Part shown: positions 17,721 through 26,680 of the stretch, one piece after another
Layout of the letters: every line of letters starts with the position of its first letter
How positions within the stretch are numbered: position 1 is the first letter of the stretch
Assembly: GCA_036266955.1 (NCBI GenBank)
Contig: DATAWY010000026.1
Span: forward strand, 8,128 to 40,127
Direction: 5' to 3'
Length of the DNA stretch: 32,000 nt
DNA from: Rhizomicrobium sp.
Lineage (GTDB): Bacteria; Pseudomonadota; Alphaproteobacteria; Micropepsales; Micropepsaceae
Program-made: the position numbers and the translations under genes
Notes under the pieces: generated by a model
What the model was told of the DNA's origin: nothing
What the model saw: only the letters and a program-made list of their open reading frames with translations
Databases searched by the model: none

Positions 17721-18775
17721 CAGAACTCCCGCGTTCCGACGCATTGGGCCAGCGCTTCGAGGTGGAGATGGGCCATCGCTCTCAGCCTCACAACCATCTC
17801 GCCGCGCAGCAGTTCAAGTGCCTCGAGCAGCTGGAGAAATTTTGCCCTGTTAAAATGCAGCACCTGATCGAATGCGTCCATGGCACCTGCCGCGCCCGCT
17901 TCCCGCATCAAGCCATAGAAAATTCCGCGCGACGCGCGCGGGGAATTCGCATTGCCGACCATCAGATGCGACACGAAAACTTCGCCAGCTTCGGATGTCA
18001 TGACCGGCAACACGAAACCGGCACGGTTCGTATTGTGCATTATATTTCGGGTGATCGTAAGGTTGAAGGCTCCGACCTTTATCTTCATCGGCAGGCTGAA
18101 CGCATGGGGCCGCGCGGTGGCAAAACCGTATTTGTTGAAAACGCCGAGGCAATCGTGAAATCCATAACTCAGGTGGAGTTCGCCCTGCGCTTCGCCTGCT
18201 ATCTGCACGCCCCCTTGCGGACCGGTATCCACACGCATGCCGTTGCTGCCGCCGCCCATGAGGTCAAGCAATGGCACGAGAAGGCTTTCGTCATCCCATC
18301 GCACCGATCTGCTTCTGAGAAAGTGCTTGCGGATTCTTTCCCTGCGGTCACCCTCCATGAAAAGGCTCATGCCGAATTCTGCGACCAGCAGGGCGCGCAA
18401 ATCGGGGGCGAGAGAGTCGAACAAGTCGATGAGCTCGGCACTCTGAGCGTGGCCTGCGTCGCCCCAGGAAAAAGAGCTCTGGTATCGTTCAAAAAAGCTC
18501 CGCTCGCGCGATCCCGTTTCGGCATGCTCGCCAATGCGGATGCGGTCGCCCTCGAACCCGATATCCCGGAGCCGGAACAAAAGATTATCCGGCACATGCA
18601 CCAGCAATGGCTTCGCCGGATCCTTCGGAAACAATCCTTGCCCGGACAATGACGGTAGCAACACGACGTTTTCCGCAATACCGCCCAAATTGCGGAATTC
18701 GTCCAATACGCCCTCCCATGCCCCCAAACGTGGCGACAATGCCGTATTCGACGTGTCGTCGGCGCTACTGGCCAC
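17720..18775 (-). CDS. SET-domain-like protein (paralog B)
   Basis: 351 aa, clearly paralogous to the downstream gene (FFERYQSSFSWGDAGHA vs FFERYQTAFSWGAGGQA; LSYGFHDCLGVFNKYGF; RASRGIFYGLMREAG vs RLARGIFGTLLGEAG). The Asn-His-Ser segment is replaced by GGGSNG. Confidence 0.55.
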   Translation of the reverse strand: MASSADDTSNTALSPRLGAWEGVLDEFRNLGGIAENVVLLPSLSGQGLFPKDPAKPLLVHVPDNLLFRLRDIGFEGDRIRIGEHAETGSRERSFFERYQSSFSWGDAGHAQSAELIDLFDSLAPDLRALLVAEFGMSLFMEGDRRERIRKHFLRSRSVRWDDESLLVPLLDLMGGGSNGMRVDTGPQGGVQIAGEAQGELHLSYGFHDCLGVFNKYGFATARPHAFSLPMKIKVGAFNLTITRNIMHNTNRAGFVLPVMTSEAGEVFVSHLMVGNANSPRASRGIFYGLMREAGAAGAMDAFDQVLHFNRAKFLQLLEALELLRGEMVVRLRAMAHLHLEALAQCVGTREF

Positions 18776-18916
18776 GGATTAGCCGTCTGTAAATGGCTGC
18801 GGAAACTGTATGCGTGACGTGAATCGCCAGCGCAACAGCTTCCGCATTGCGCCGGGTGCTTTTCGCGAAAGACCTCCTATGCCATAGAAGTGCTTACAAC
18901 CGCGGAACCAGAGGGG

Positions 18917-19573
18917 ATGATGCGCTCGATACGCAAAGCTGTCTTGGTGGCGATTTGCGCGGTGGGGATAGCCGCAGCGGCGGCCCGCCCCGGAGGGGGG
19001 CTGGCCGCAGCCGCCCCTGCCGGCGATGCGGTTTACGTACTGAAAGGCTACAGGTTCAGCGGTAAGCTTGGGCCTGCGAACACGACCGGGATGGTGGCAA
19101 AGCTCAAGCACCAACCCGGCGGCCGGGTCACCAAAGCCGACATCATCGCCGACGCAGCCATATTCGCCGGGGAACTCAAGGCCCGGCATATGGGGGGGCG
19201 CTACTTCGTCTTCACCACCGAAAATCACGGGCAGATCTGGGTCACGTTCGGACTTTTGGATATGCGTTACCCGGCGGCGACGGCGTGGGCGTCACGCCGC
19301 CTCGAATCCCAGCATTTTGAGGGCCTGTCCAACATTCCCACGAGCGCTCTGTCTGCCGCCACACGCCTGAAGCCCGGCGATACGCTATCGCCCGAAAATA
19401 TCGATGCGGCGCGAAGGGCGATAATGGCCCTGTTCGCGAATTCCCCGAATGGAACCGCATTAACGGTAAAGATCAAAATACAGGTCAGGCCGAATAACGA
19501 AGCCGCGCTCACCTGGATCATCGCCGACAAACGGAAACCAGCGATGGGGACCGGGAGCGGCAAAGCCGATTAG
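18917..19573 (+). CDS. Exported protein with two POTRA-like domains and no barrel
   Basis: Signal-like N-terminus. Repeat 1: AVYVLKGYRFSGKLGPANTTGMVAKLKHQPGGRVTKADIIADAAIFAGELKARHMGGRYFVFTTENHGQIWVTFGLLD. Repeat 2: RLESQHFEGLSNIPTSALSAATRLKPGDTLSPENIDAARRAIMALFANSPNGTALTVKIKIQVRPNNEAALTWIIAD. GAGGGG upstream of the ATG. Confidence 0.6.
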   Translation: MMRSIRKAVLVAICAVGIAAAAARPGGGLAAAAPAGDAVYVLKGYRFSGKLGPANTTGMVAKLKHQPGGRVTKADIIADAAIFAGELKARHMGGRYFVFTTENHGQIWVTFGLLDMRYPAATAWASRRLESQHFEGLSNIPTSALSAATRLKPGDTLSPENIDAARRAIMALFANSPNGTALTVKIKIQVRPNNEAALTWIIADKRKPAMGTGSGKAD

Positions 19574-19728
19574 GTTAGCCGCCACAAGCAGCTTTGGGGG
19601 CTTGCGCCAATCCCATTTTTTCGATTAGCTTTCCGTTGAGGTGGCGCTTCCGGGGCATGGAGCGGGATCCGTCGGCTTACGTTTGGGAGCCGAAATTATC
19701 AATGCCTCGTTTCCCCAGGGGAAGACTA

Positions 19729-20274
19729 ATGGACAACCTGACCAAGACTTTGCTTACGGGTGCAGCGATCTCCGCAATTGCGGCTGTTCCCGCCATGGCC
19801 GGCGCTCCGAAAATTCAACCGACAGCGGCTCCGATCAAATATCACGGCATACAGTACCAGAAGACAGCTGCTGGACACATGACCCCGAAAGGCACGACCT
19901 ATACCTACAATGAAGGCACGTATGTCTACAGCTATAGCTATACGTTCTGGTACAAAAATACGTACAATCTGGCGGCTTGGACGTGGACCAGCCGCACCGG
20001 CACCACCAGCAGCTCGAAGTGCAAGACCGTCCCGGGTCAGAAAGTAAAATTCACGACAGATGCGGACGCAAAGGTCAAGAAATACACTACCGTGATTTCG
20101 AATGCCAGCAACGCGGGCTTCTGCAAGGGCGGCACGCTCAGCTACTATGGACCGGCGTACGAGTACAAGAAGAAGGGTGCGGACGACGACAACACCTTCA
20201 CAATGACGGACACGATCAAGTCCAACAAGAACAAGTACGAGCTCATCGTGGGCTACGACATCAACGTTACCTGA
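19729..20274 (+). CDS. Tyr-rich exported hypothetical protein
   Basis: 181 aa, clear signal peptide MDNLTKTLLTGAAISAIAAVPAMA; AGGGGAAG upstream of the ATG. 17 Tyr and 2 Cys in the ~157-aa mature part. Confidence 0.75.
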   Translation: MDNLTKTLLTGAAISAIAAVPAMAGAPKIQPTAAPIKYHGIQYQKTAAGHMTPKGTTYTYNEGTYVYSYSYTFWYKNTYNLAAWTWTSRTGTTSSSKCKTVPGQKVKFTTDADAKVKKYTTVISNASNAGFCKGGTLSYYGPAYEYKKKGADDDNTFTMTDTIKSNKNKYELIVGYDINVT

Positions 20275-20322
20275 TCAAACAATGCGTTTTTAAAATCGGC
20301 GGCCATAGCCGCAGATTGCCCA

Positions 20323-20358
20323 GGGCCAGCGACGGGATCCGTCGCTGGCCCTTTTCTT
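20323..20358 (+). terminator. Intrinsic terminator downstream of the Tyr-rich exported protein gene
   Basis: Perfect 13-bp stem GGGCCAGCGACGG / CCGTCGCTGGCCC (20323-20335 / 20339-20351) followed by TTTTCTT. Confidence 0.85.
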
Positions 20359-20443
20359 AGCGATGCTCGTACTTTCGTTTTGCGTGAAGGGCCTCAACGC
20401 GCTATCTGCATAACCATCTGCAAACTGCCAGGAGGACGGCGAG

Positions 20444-22456
20444 ATGCGACCACCTAGGGCGAAGTCCGTGCCGACAGCGCTTTTCGCGAACCAGGGTTTG
20501 CGGCGACCGCAGAGTGGCTTGCCGGAATGTCCTCAACCCCTTCCGACAACCGTGCCGCCGGTTGTTCCTGCGTCTCGCGCATCCGGGCATGGATCGCCAC
20601 CGGTCGCGTCGAAGGCCCCGGCGTCGCCGACCCATCTTTATGAAGTCGGCCTGACGGCTGCAGCGATGTCCTATCACACCCTTGCTATCGACTCCCTGCG
20701 CGAATGCACCGCCCTGGCGCCAAATCACGGACCCGCCTTGCGCAAGCTCGCCCAGCTGCTGCACCTCGCAGGGGAAGATGCGCAGGCGGACGAGGCCGAA
20801 GCAGCGGCGCAGCGTGCCGCAGGTGTCGAGTGGGTGAACGGCTCAGACGTACGCGCATCGGCAGACCTGGAAAAAGCCGAGCGAAAACGGATCGAGTCTC
20901 TCAAAAGAAAGCCGGAGGCGGAGGCTACCAACACTCTTCGCGAACATCTCATCGCGCACCCCCTGGACGCAGTGGCGATACGATGGCTGGCGCGCCTCGA
21001 GATTCGGGGCAACGATCGGGTTACAGCCCGCACCTTGTTCGAACGTGCTCTCGATCTCTGCCCGGGGTACATCGGCGCGCGCGAGGACCTGGCTCAATTG
21101 CTGATCGAAGAGCGACAGTATGCAGCCCTTGCCGAAACCACCCGGCTGCTGTCAGAGCAACCGGGCAGTTCCCGCTATCTGCTGCTCCACGCGCATGCCT
21201 TGATCGACAGCGGCAAGCCGGCCGCTGCAATCGATGTCCTCGTCCGCGCGCTCCGGGAGGATCCAAACGATGCAAGATCCTGGCGCATTTACGCAGCCGC
21301 GCTGCTTACCGCGGGCCGCGGCGAGGAGAGCGTGCAGGCCTATCGGAAGTGCCTCGATCTCGATCCGGCGGCGGGCGAGGCCTGGTGGGGATTGTCCGAA
21401 ATGAAGGACAAGGTCCTCACCGAAGACGATGTTGAAGAGATGCGGGCACATCTCGACGACGACACAGTCGAGCCGGAGCGCCGCATGCATATGTTATACG
21501 CGCTGGGCCAAACCCTGGAACGAGCAGGAGAGTTTGCCAAAAGTTTTGAGGCCTATGAAAAGGCCGCCCGCGAATTTTGGGTCGGCCGCGAGAAAAAGCC
21601 GAGGGAAGAGGAGACGTTCGACTCTCACGACACCGTGCAGCGGACAAAAACGGCATTCAGCAGCAACAATTTCGCAACACGGCTGGTGCAGGCACCTGCG
21701 GGGAATGATCAGGACACACCGATTTTCGTGGTCGGCATGCCGCGTGCGGGCTCCACGCTTGTCGAACAAATCCTTACCAGCCACAGCCGCATCGAAGCGA
21801 TCGGCGAACGGCCGCTGGTCGGCGAAATCCAGCGCGAATTGGCATTCAGCCGGCTGCTCGTGGAGCGGGAGGCCTATCCCGATTGCGTCCTGGAGCTCAC
21901 CGCGGAGCGGTTCGCCGAACTCGGCGCCCGGGTTATGGCGCGCTCGCGCGACTATCGTACCACCGCCCGGCCCTATTTCGTGGACAAGCGCCCGTGGAAC
22001 TGGCTGGCTGTGGGATTGATCCATCTTATGCTGCCCCAGGCGAAAATCATCGATATACGACGCGAACCCATGGCGGCCTGCTTTGCGATGTACAAGCAGC
22101 TGTTGCCGCGCTACTGCACGTTTTCCTACGATCTCAAAGAAGTGGGCCGCTATTACAACAGGTACGTGAAGCTGATGGAACACTGGGAAACGGTTCTTCC
22201 CGGCCGTGTACATTTCATTCAATATGAAAATCTTGTACAGGACACGGAATTCGAAATTCGCCGCATGCTCGCCCATTGCGGGTTGCCGTTCGAAGAAGGC
22301 TGCCTGCGTTTTTGGGAAACCGAGCGATCCATTGTCACGCCGAGCGCCGAGCAGGTACGCCGTCCCATCTACCGTGGCGCTCTGGAGCAATGGCGCAATT
22401 TCGAGCCATGGCTCGATCCCCTGAAGGAAGCGCTCGGCGAACCCGTCGAGCTGTGA
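20444..22456 (+). CDS. TPR-containing sulfotransferase family protein
   Basis: 670 aa. TPR-rich N-terminus (LFERALDLCPGYIGAREDLAQLL, AYRKCLDLDPAAGEAWWGLSEMKD). C-terminal sulfotransferase with 5'-PSB-like FVVGMPRAGSTLVEQILTSHS, YFVDKRPWNWLAVGLIHLMLPQAKIIDIRREPMAACF. Strong RBS AGGAGGA. Confidence 0.88.
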   Translation: MRPPRAKSVPTALFANQGLRRPQSGLPECPQPLPTTVPPVVPASRASGHGSPPVASKAPASPTHLYEVGLTAAAMSYHTLAIDSLRECTALAPNHGPALRKLAQLLHLAGEDAQADEAEAAAQRAAGVEWVNGSDVRASADLEKAERKRIESLKRKPEAEATNTLREHLIAHPLDAVAIRWLARLEIRGNDRVTARTLFERALDLCPGYIGAREDLAQLLIEERQYAALAETTRLLSEQPGSSRYLLLHAHALIDSGKPAAAIDVLVRALREDPNDARSWRIYAAALLTAGRGEESVQAYRKCLDLDPAAGEAWWGLSEMKDKVLTEDDVEEMRAHLDDDTVEPERRMHMLYALGQTLERAGEFAKSFEAYEKAAREFWVGREKKPREEETFDSHDTVQRTKTAFSSNNFATRLVQAPAGNDQDTPIFVVGMPRAGSTLVEQILTSHSRIEAIGERPLVGEIQRELAFSRLLVEREAYPDCVLELTAERFAELGARVMARSRDYRTTARPYFVDKRPWNWLAVGLIHLMLPQAKIIDIRREPMAACFAMYKQLLPRYCTFSYDLKEVGRYYNRYVKLMEHWETVLPGRVHFIQYENLVQDTEFEIRRMLAHCGLPFEEGCLRFWETERSIVTPSAEQVRRPIYRGALEQWRNFEPWLDPLKEALGEPVEL

Positions 22457-22463
22457 CTGCGCG

Positions 22464-25400
22464 ATGACAGGAGTTTCCGAACTAACCCATCCGTCGGTGC
22501 CCGACAGCACGACGCCGTTGAGTGCGTCGCCCATCCTGGATTACACGCGCGCCCTTAACCTGGCAGCAACGGAGCATTACGAATCCGCCATCAAGGTGCT
22601 GCGCGATGTCACCGCACGCGCGCCCGGCCACGGGCCCGCCTGGCAAAAGCTCTCGGAGTTGCTGTATCTCGCGGGCAAAGACGAAGAATCGAGCTCCGCA
22701 AACGCCCGCGCGGCCGGCCTTACCGCCGAATTTGATCCCCTCACAGACGATCGTGATTCGGCAAAAATCGAGGCTGATGAACAGGTACTGCGCGAACACC
22801 TCTCCGCCTTGGCTACGGCGGGGGAGCAGCAGAACAAGCTGCGCAGTCACTTGCGCGAGCATCCGGCCGACGCGGTGGCCCTGCGCGCCCTCGGGCGCCT
22901 CGAACGGGACCGCGGCCATGTTCCAACGGCGCGCAACCTGTTCGAGCGCGCGCTGGAGCTGGCCACTTATTACGTGGGCGCACGGGAAGACCTCGTGCTT
23001 GTACTGCGTGTGCTGCAGGACGACGCGCACGCGCTCGCCGAGACGCGGCTGCTGATTGCCCAGTCGCCTGAGAGCGTCAACTATCGTGCGTTACTCGCTG
23101 CCGGACTTTTCGAAGTCGGGGATATGGAAGCCGCCATTCCCGTCCTCGAACAACTGATCCGGGAGGATTCCTCCCGCGTGCGTATCCGCGGCCTGTATGC
23201 GCAAACCTTGTATTATGCCGGCCGGCGGCACGACAGTGCTCGGGAATGCCGCGCGCTGCTCGAGATGCGCCCGGGAATGGGCGCGGCCTACTCTCGCCTT
23301 GCGGAAATGCGCGACGACTTTCTCGGACCGGCTGATGTTACTGCCATGCGCGAACATCTGCGCGAGCCCGGGGAGGACAAACCGAACTCCGCACTCATCC
23401 AGTTTGCGCTCGGCCTGGTGCTGGAGCAGACGGGAGATTTTTCCGGGAGCTTCGCCGCCTATGAGGCCGGTACGGCGCTGGCGCGGGAGATCGCGGCAGA
23501 CAAGAGCGGCCCCTACGATGTCGCGACGGACGTCGACAAGATGCGCAGGCGTTGCGCGGTGTTTACCCGGAAAACTTTGAGCAAATGCGCCGTGCCGCAG
23601 CCCGCCGCGGCCGCCATAACTCCCATTTTCATCGTCGGAATGCCGCGTGCCGGGTCAACACTCGTGGAACAGATCCTCGGCAGCCACAGCCTCGTCGAGG
23701 CTACCCTGGAATTGCCCGTGCTGAACAAAATCGCCGGCGATCTCTCGCGCAGCCGTGCCCTGGTCACGCCTGACGCCTATCCCGAATGTATGACAAGCCT
23801 GAGCGAGGAGCGGCTGGCAGAACTTGGCGCGCGTTTCATCCGGGACGCTGCTGCCTATCGCAAGACTGACCGCCCATATTTTGTGGACAAATGTCCGTGG
23901 AATTGGTTCGAGGCGGGCTTGATACGGATGATACTGCCGCAGGCAAGAATTGTCGATATCCGTCGCGAACCGATGGCTGCCTGTTTTGGCATGTACAAGC
24001 AGAACCTGGCCGATGCCGGCGCGTTTTCCAACGATTTCAACGATCTCGCTACATATTACACGGAATATGTGCGTACAATGGACCACTACGACACGGCAAT
24101 GCCGGGTCATATCTATTGCCTCTCATACGAGCGGCTGGTGGAGGACACGGAAAACCAGATCCGCCGGCTTCTCGATTATTGCGGCCTTCCGTTCGAAGAA
24201 AATTGTCTGCGCTTCTGGGAAACCCAAAGGCCTGTCTCGACGCCGAGCGCCGAGCAGGTGCGCCGTCCCATTTTTCGTGACGCCGTTCAGCAATGGCGCA
24301 GGTTCGAGCCCTGGCTCGGGCCACTGAAGGAAGCCCTGAGGAAGGCAGAGACAGCCGCAGCTGCGGCGCCCCAGCCGGCTGGGTACGATTTCGCCCTGAC
24401 GTTTGCGGCGATGAGCGTTTGCGATCCGGCAATGAAGAAACTGCGGGCCGTGACAAGGCGGGAACCCACGCATGCGGGCGCCTGGAGCAAGCTTGCGGAA
24501 TTGCTGCGGCTCTCCGGAAAGGACAAGGCCGCGGACGATGCTGCCGCGGCCGCAGCGCGCCATGCCGGCGAGGCGTCAAATTGGCAGAAAACCCGGGATC
24601 TGCGCACGGCGCCGCAACTCGAGGCCGCCAAGGAGGCATTCGAGACGGAACTGAAGGGCAAGGAGCGCGGCAAACAGATGAACTGGCTCCGCAATCATCT
24701 GGCGGAAAATCCTACCGACACGGCTGCCATTTTCCTGCTTTCCGATCTTGAGTTCGAGGACCGTGACGAGTTGACATCGCTCGCACTTCTGGAGCGCGCG
24801 CTGGAACTCGCGCCTGCATATCATGCCGCCCGATACCAGTTCGCGCGGCGGCTCGCGGACGGGCAGTTTGTTCGCGCGCTGGAACACACCTCGTTCCTGG
24901 TGCGTCGGGTGCCCCAAAACCCGATCTACCGCGAGCTTCATGCCGAACAGTTGAGACAAATTGGCCGTTTCTCGGAGGCCATAGCGCTGACCGATGAGCT
25001 CTTGCGGGAATTCCCGCGCCACCCGCGGTTCCGGTTCCGGTACGGGCTGCTGCTGCGTTCGCTCGGCCGGCGTGACGAGAGTGCCCGCGCCTTCCGCGCC
25101 TGTCTTCAGATCGCCCCGGCTATGGGCGAGGCTTATGCCGGCCTCGCCGATCTAAAGGACAATTTACTCACCGACGATGATGTGACGGCCATTCGCGGCC
25201 ACATGGCGGATCCGAGCCTTCCCCCTCACGACCGCATGAACATGTATTACGCGCTCGGCTCTGCGCTGGAACGGAGGGGCGATTTTTCGGCAAGCTTCAA
25301 GGCCTATCAGGCCGCCGCCCGACTGTTTCGCGGCGCGTTTCTGGGAATGGGCGAAGCCCACAACGAAGAGGAGACGGTTGGGCGCATTCGCGGGCTCAAG

Positions 25401-26201
25401 AACTTCTATACACAAAGGTTTCTATCTCCATCACCCGCCGCTCCCACAAATCGGGATGTCACGCCGATTTTTGTCGTGGGCATGCCGCGTGCGGGTTCTA
25501 CGCTCGTTGAACACATTCTCGGCAGTCACAGCCAGGTCGAGGCGACAAGCGAACTGCCGCTGATCGGTCAGATCGTGCGCGATATTGCGATCAGCCGCCG
25601 GTTGGTGATGGGAACTGCGTATCCGGAGCGTTTGTCGGACATGACACCCGATGAGCTGGCGGCGCTCGGAAATCTCTACATCGAACGCGCCCGCGACTTT
25701 CGGAAAACCGACTGGCCTTACTTCGTCGACAAGCGACCCTGGAACTGGATTGACGCAGGCCTGATCCATCTGATTCTGCCACATTCGAAGATCATCGACA
25801 TCCGCCGCGAACCGATGGCCGCGTGCTTTGCAAATTTCAAGCAGAAATTGCCGAAAGACGCCGAGTTTTCCAACGACCTTGCCGAACTTGGCCACTACTA
25901 TAATTTGTATGTTTCATTGATGGACCACTGGAAGGAGGTCATGCCGGGCCGTATTCATTTTGTGCAGTACGAACGCCTGGTCCAGAACACGGAAAACGAG
26001 ATCCGCCGCATGCTGGAATATTGCGGGCTGCCCTTCGAAGAGGGCTGCTTGCGCTTCTGGGAGTCGGATCGCGCGGTGACGACTCCGAGCGCCGAGCAAG
26101 TGCGGCGCCCGATCTATCTGGACGCGGTGGAGCAATGGCGCAATTTCGAACCCTGGCTTGGTCCGCTCAAAGCGGCACTATCCGAACCCGCCCGTGCGTA
26201 G
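22464..26201 (+). CDS. Double-module TPR-sulfotransferase protein (TPR-ST-TPR-ST, 1245 aa)
   Basis: One uninterrupted ORF with two PAPS-binding style motifs, IFIVGMPRAGSTLVEQILGSHS (~aa 388) and IFVVGMPRAGSTLVEHILGSHS (~aa 1002), each preceded by a TPR region and followed by RREPMAACF and TPSAEQVRRPI. Confidence 0.88.
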   Translation: MTGVSELTHPSVPDSTTPLSASPILDYTRALNLAATEHYESAIKVLRDVTARAPGHGPAWQKLSELLYLAGKDEESSSANARAAGLTAEFDPLTDDRDSAKIEADEQVLREHLSALATAGEQQNKLRSHLREHPADAVALRALGRLERDRGHVPTARNLFERALELATYYVGAREDLVLVLRVLQDDAHALAETRLLIAQSPESVNYRALLAAGLFEVGDMEAAIPVLEQLIREDSSRVRIRGLYAQTLYYAGRRHDSARECRALLEMRPGMGAAYSRLAEMRDDFLGPADVTAMREHLREPGEDKPNSALIQFALGLVLEQTGDFSGSFAAYEAGTALAREIAADKSGPYDVATDVDKMRRRCAVFTRKTLSKCAVPQPAAAAITPIFIVGMPRAGSTLVEQILGSHSLVEATLELPVLNKIAGDLSRSRALVTPDAYPECMTSLSEERLAELGARFIRDAAAYRKTDRPYFVDKCPWNWFEAGLIRMILPQARIVDIRREPMAACFGMYKQNLADAGAFSNDFNDLATYYTEYVRTMDHYDTAMPGHIYCLSYERLVEDTENQIRRLLDYCGLPFEENCLRFWETQRPVSTPSAEQVRRPIFRDAVQQWRRFEPWLGPLKEALRKAETAAAAAPQPAGYDFALTFAAMSVCDPAMKKLRAVTRREPTHAGAWSKLAELLRLSGKDKAADDAAAAAARHAGEASNWQKTRDLRTAPQLEAAKEAFETELKGKERGKQMNWLRNHLAENPTDTAAIFLLSDLEFEDRDELTSLALLERALELAPAYHAARYQFARRLADGQFVRALEHTSFLVRRVPQNPIYRELHAEQLRQIGRFSEAIALTDELLREFPRHPRFRFRYGLLLRSLGRRDESARAFRACLQIAPAMGEAYAGLADLKDNLLTDDDVTAIRGHMADPSLPPHDRMNMYYALGSALERRGDFSASFKAYQAAARLFRGAFLGMGEAHNEEETVGRIRGLKNFYTQRFLSPSPAAPTNRDVTPIFVVGMPRAGSTLVEHILGSHSQVEATSELPLIGQIVRDIAISRRLVMGTAYPERLSDMTPDELAALGNLYIERARDFRKTDWPYFVDKRPWNWIDAGLIHLILPHSKIIDIRREPMAACFANFKQKLPKDAEFSNDLAELGHYYNLYVSLMDHWKEVMPGRIHFVQYERLVQNTENEIRRMLEYCGLPFEEGCLRFWESDRAVTTPSAEQVRRPIYLDAVEQWRNFEPWLGPLKAALSEPARA

Positions 26202-26349
26202 CACGCACCGGCGAATTGCCGCGCTCCCGCGCCCGACGCCTGGCTGTTCGCGGCGCCCACCGGGGAAGTCCCGAATGTCTGATGTAGGCCTCGCGTGCGG
26301 TCGTTTGCCTTCATCGCGCGATTGACCCTTACCTTACATTTGCTATGAT

Positions 26350-26515
26350 CGCGCAACGCGCAAGGTTCCCGAAAGGGATTGAAAAGGGAACGCGGTTGTG
26401 ATGCCGCGGCTGCCCCCGCAACTGTGACCGGCGAGCGACCATCGGATACGCCACTGGGGCTTCGGCCCTGGGAAGGTGGATGGAAGCGGAGACCCGGGAG
26501 CCAGGAGACCTGCCT
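26350..26515 (+). promoter_or_regulatory. Cobalamin riboswitch
   Basis: AAGGTTCCCGAAAGGG...AAAAGGGAACGCGGTTGTGATGCCGCGGCTGCCCCCGCAACTGTGACCGG...CCACTGGGGCTTCGGCCCTGGGAAGGTGG...GACCCGGGAGCCAGGAGACCTGCC. The B12 box and core are recognisable, upstream of btuB. Confidence 0.93.
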
Positions 26516-26680
26516 CGCGCCGTCGTCCTGTTTCCGGCCGGGGTGTGCCGGGGGCTGCGGGGGAAACCGTCGCGACGACAAGGTTGGAGTCGTCGTCGCG
26601 GGGTCCGGTATGAAAGTTTCTCGTTCTCATCGCCGTGCGCTTCCGCATGCCGGCTTCTGGATTCGAACCAGGAGATCACC

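Noticed and set aside
17627-18652. 341-aa plus-strand ORF opposite the SET-like genes
   Set aside because: Antisense shadow; the minus-strand ORFs show paralogy and ATGA coupling.
21494-22534. 346-aa minus-strand ORF over the sulfotransferase domain
   Set aside because: Mirror of the conserved sulfotransferase sequence; similar mirror fragments recur over each ST module, as expected from duplication of the sense strand.
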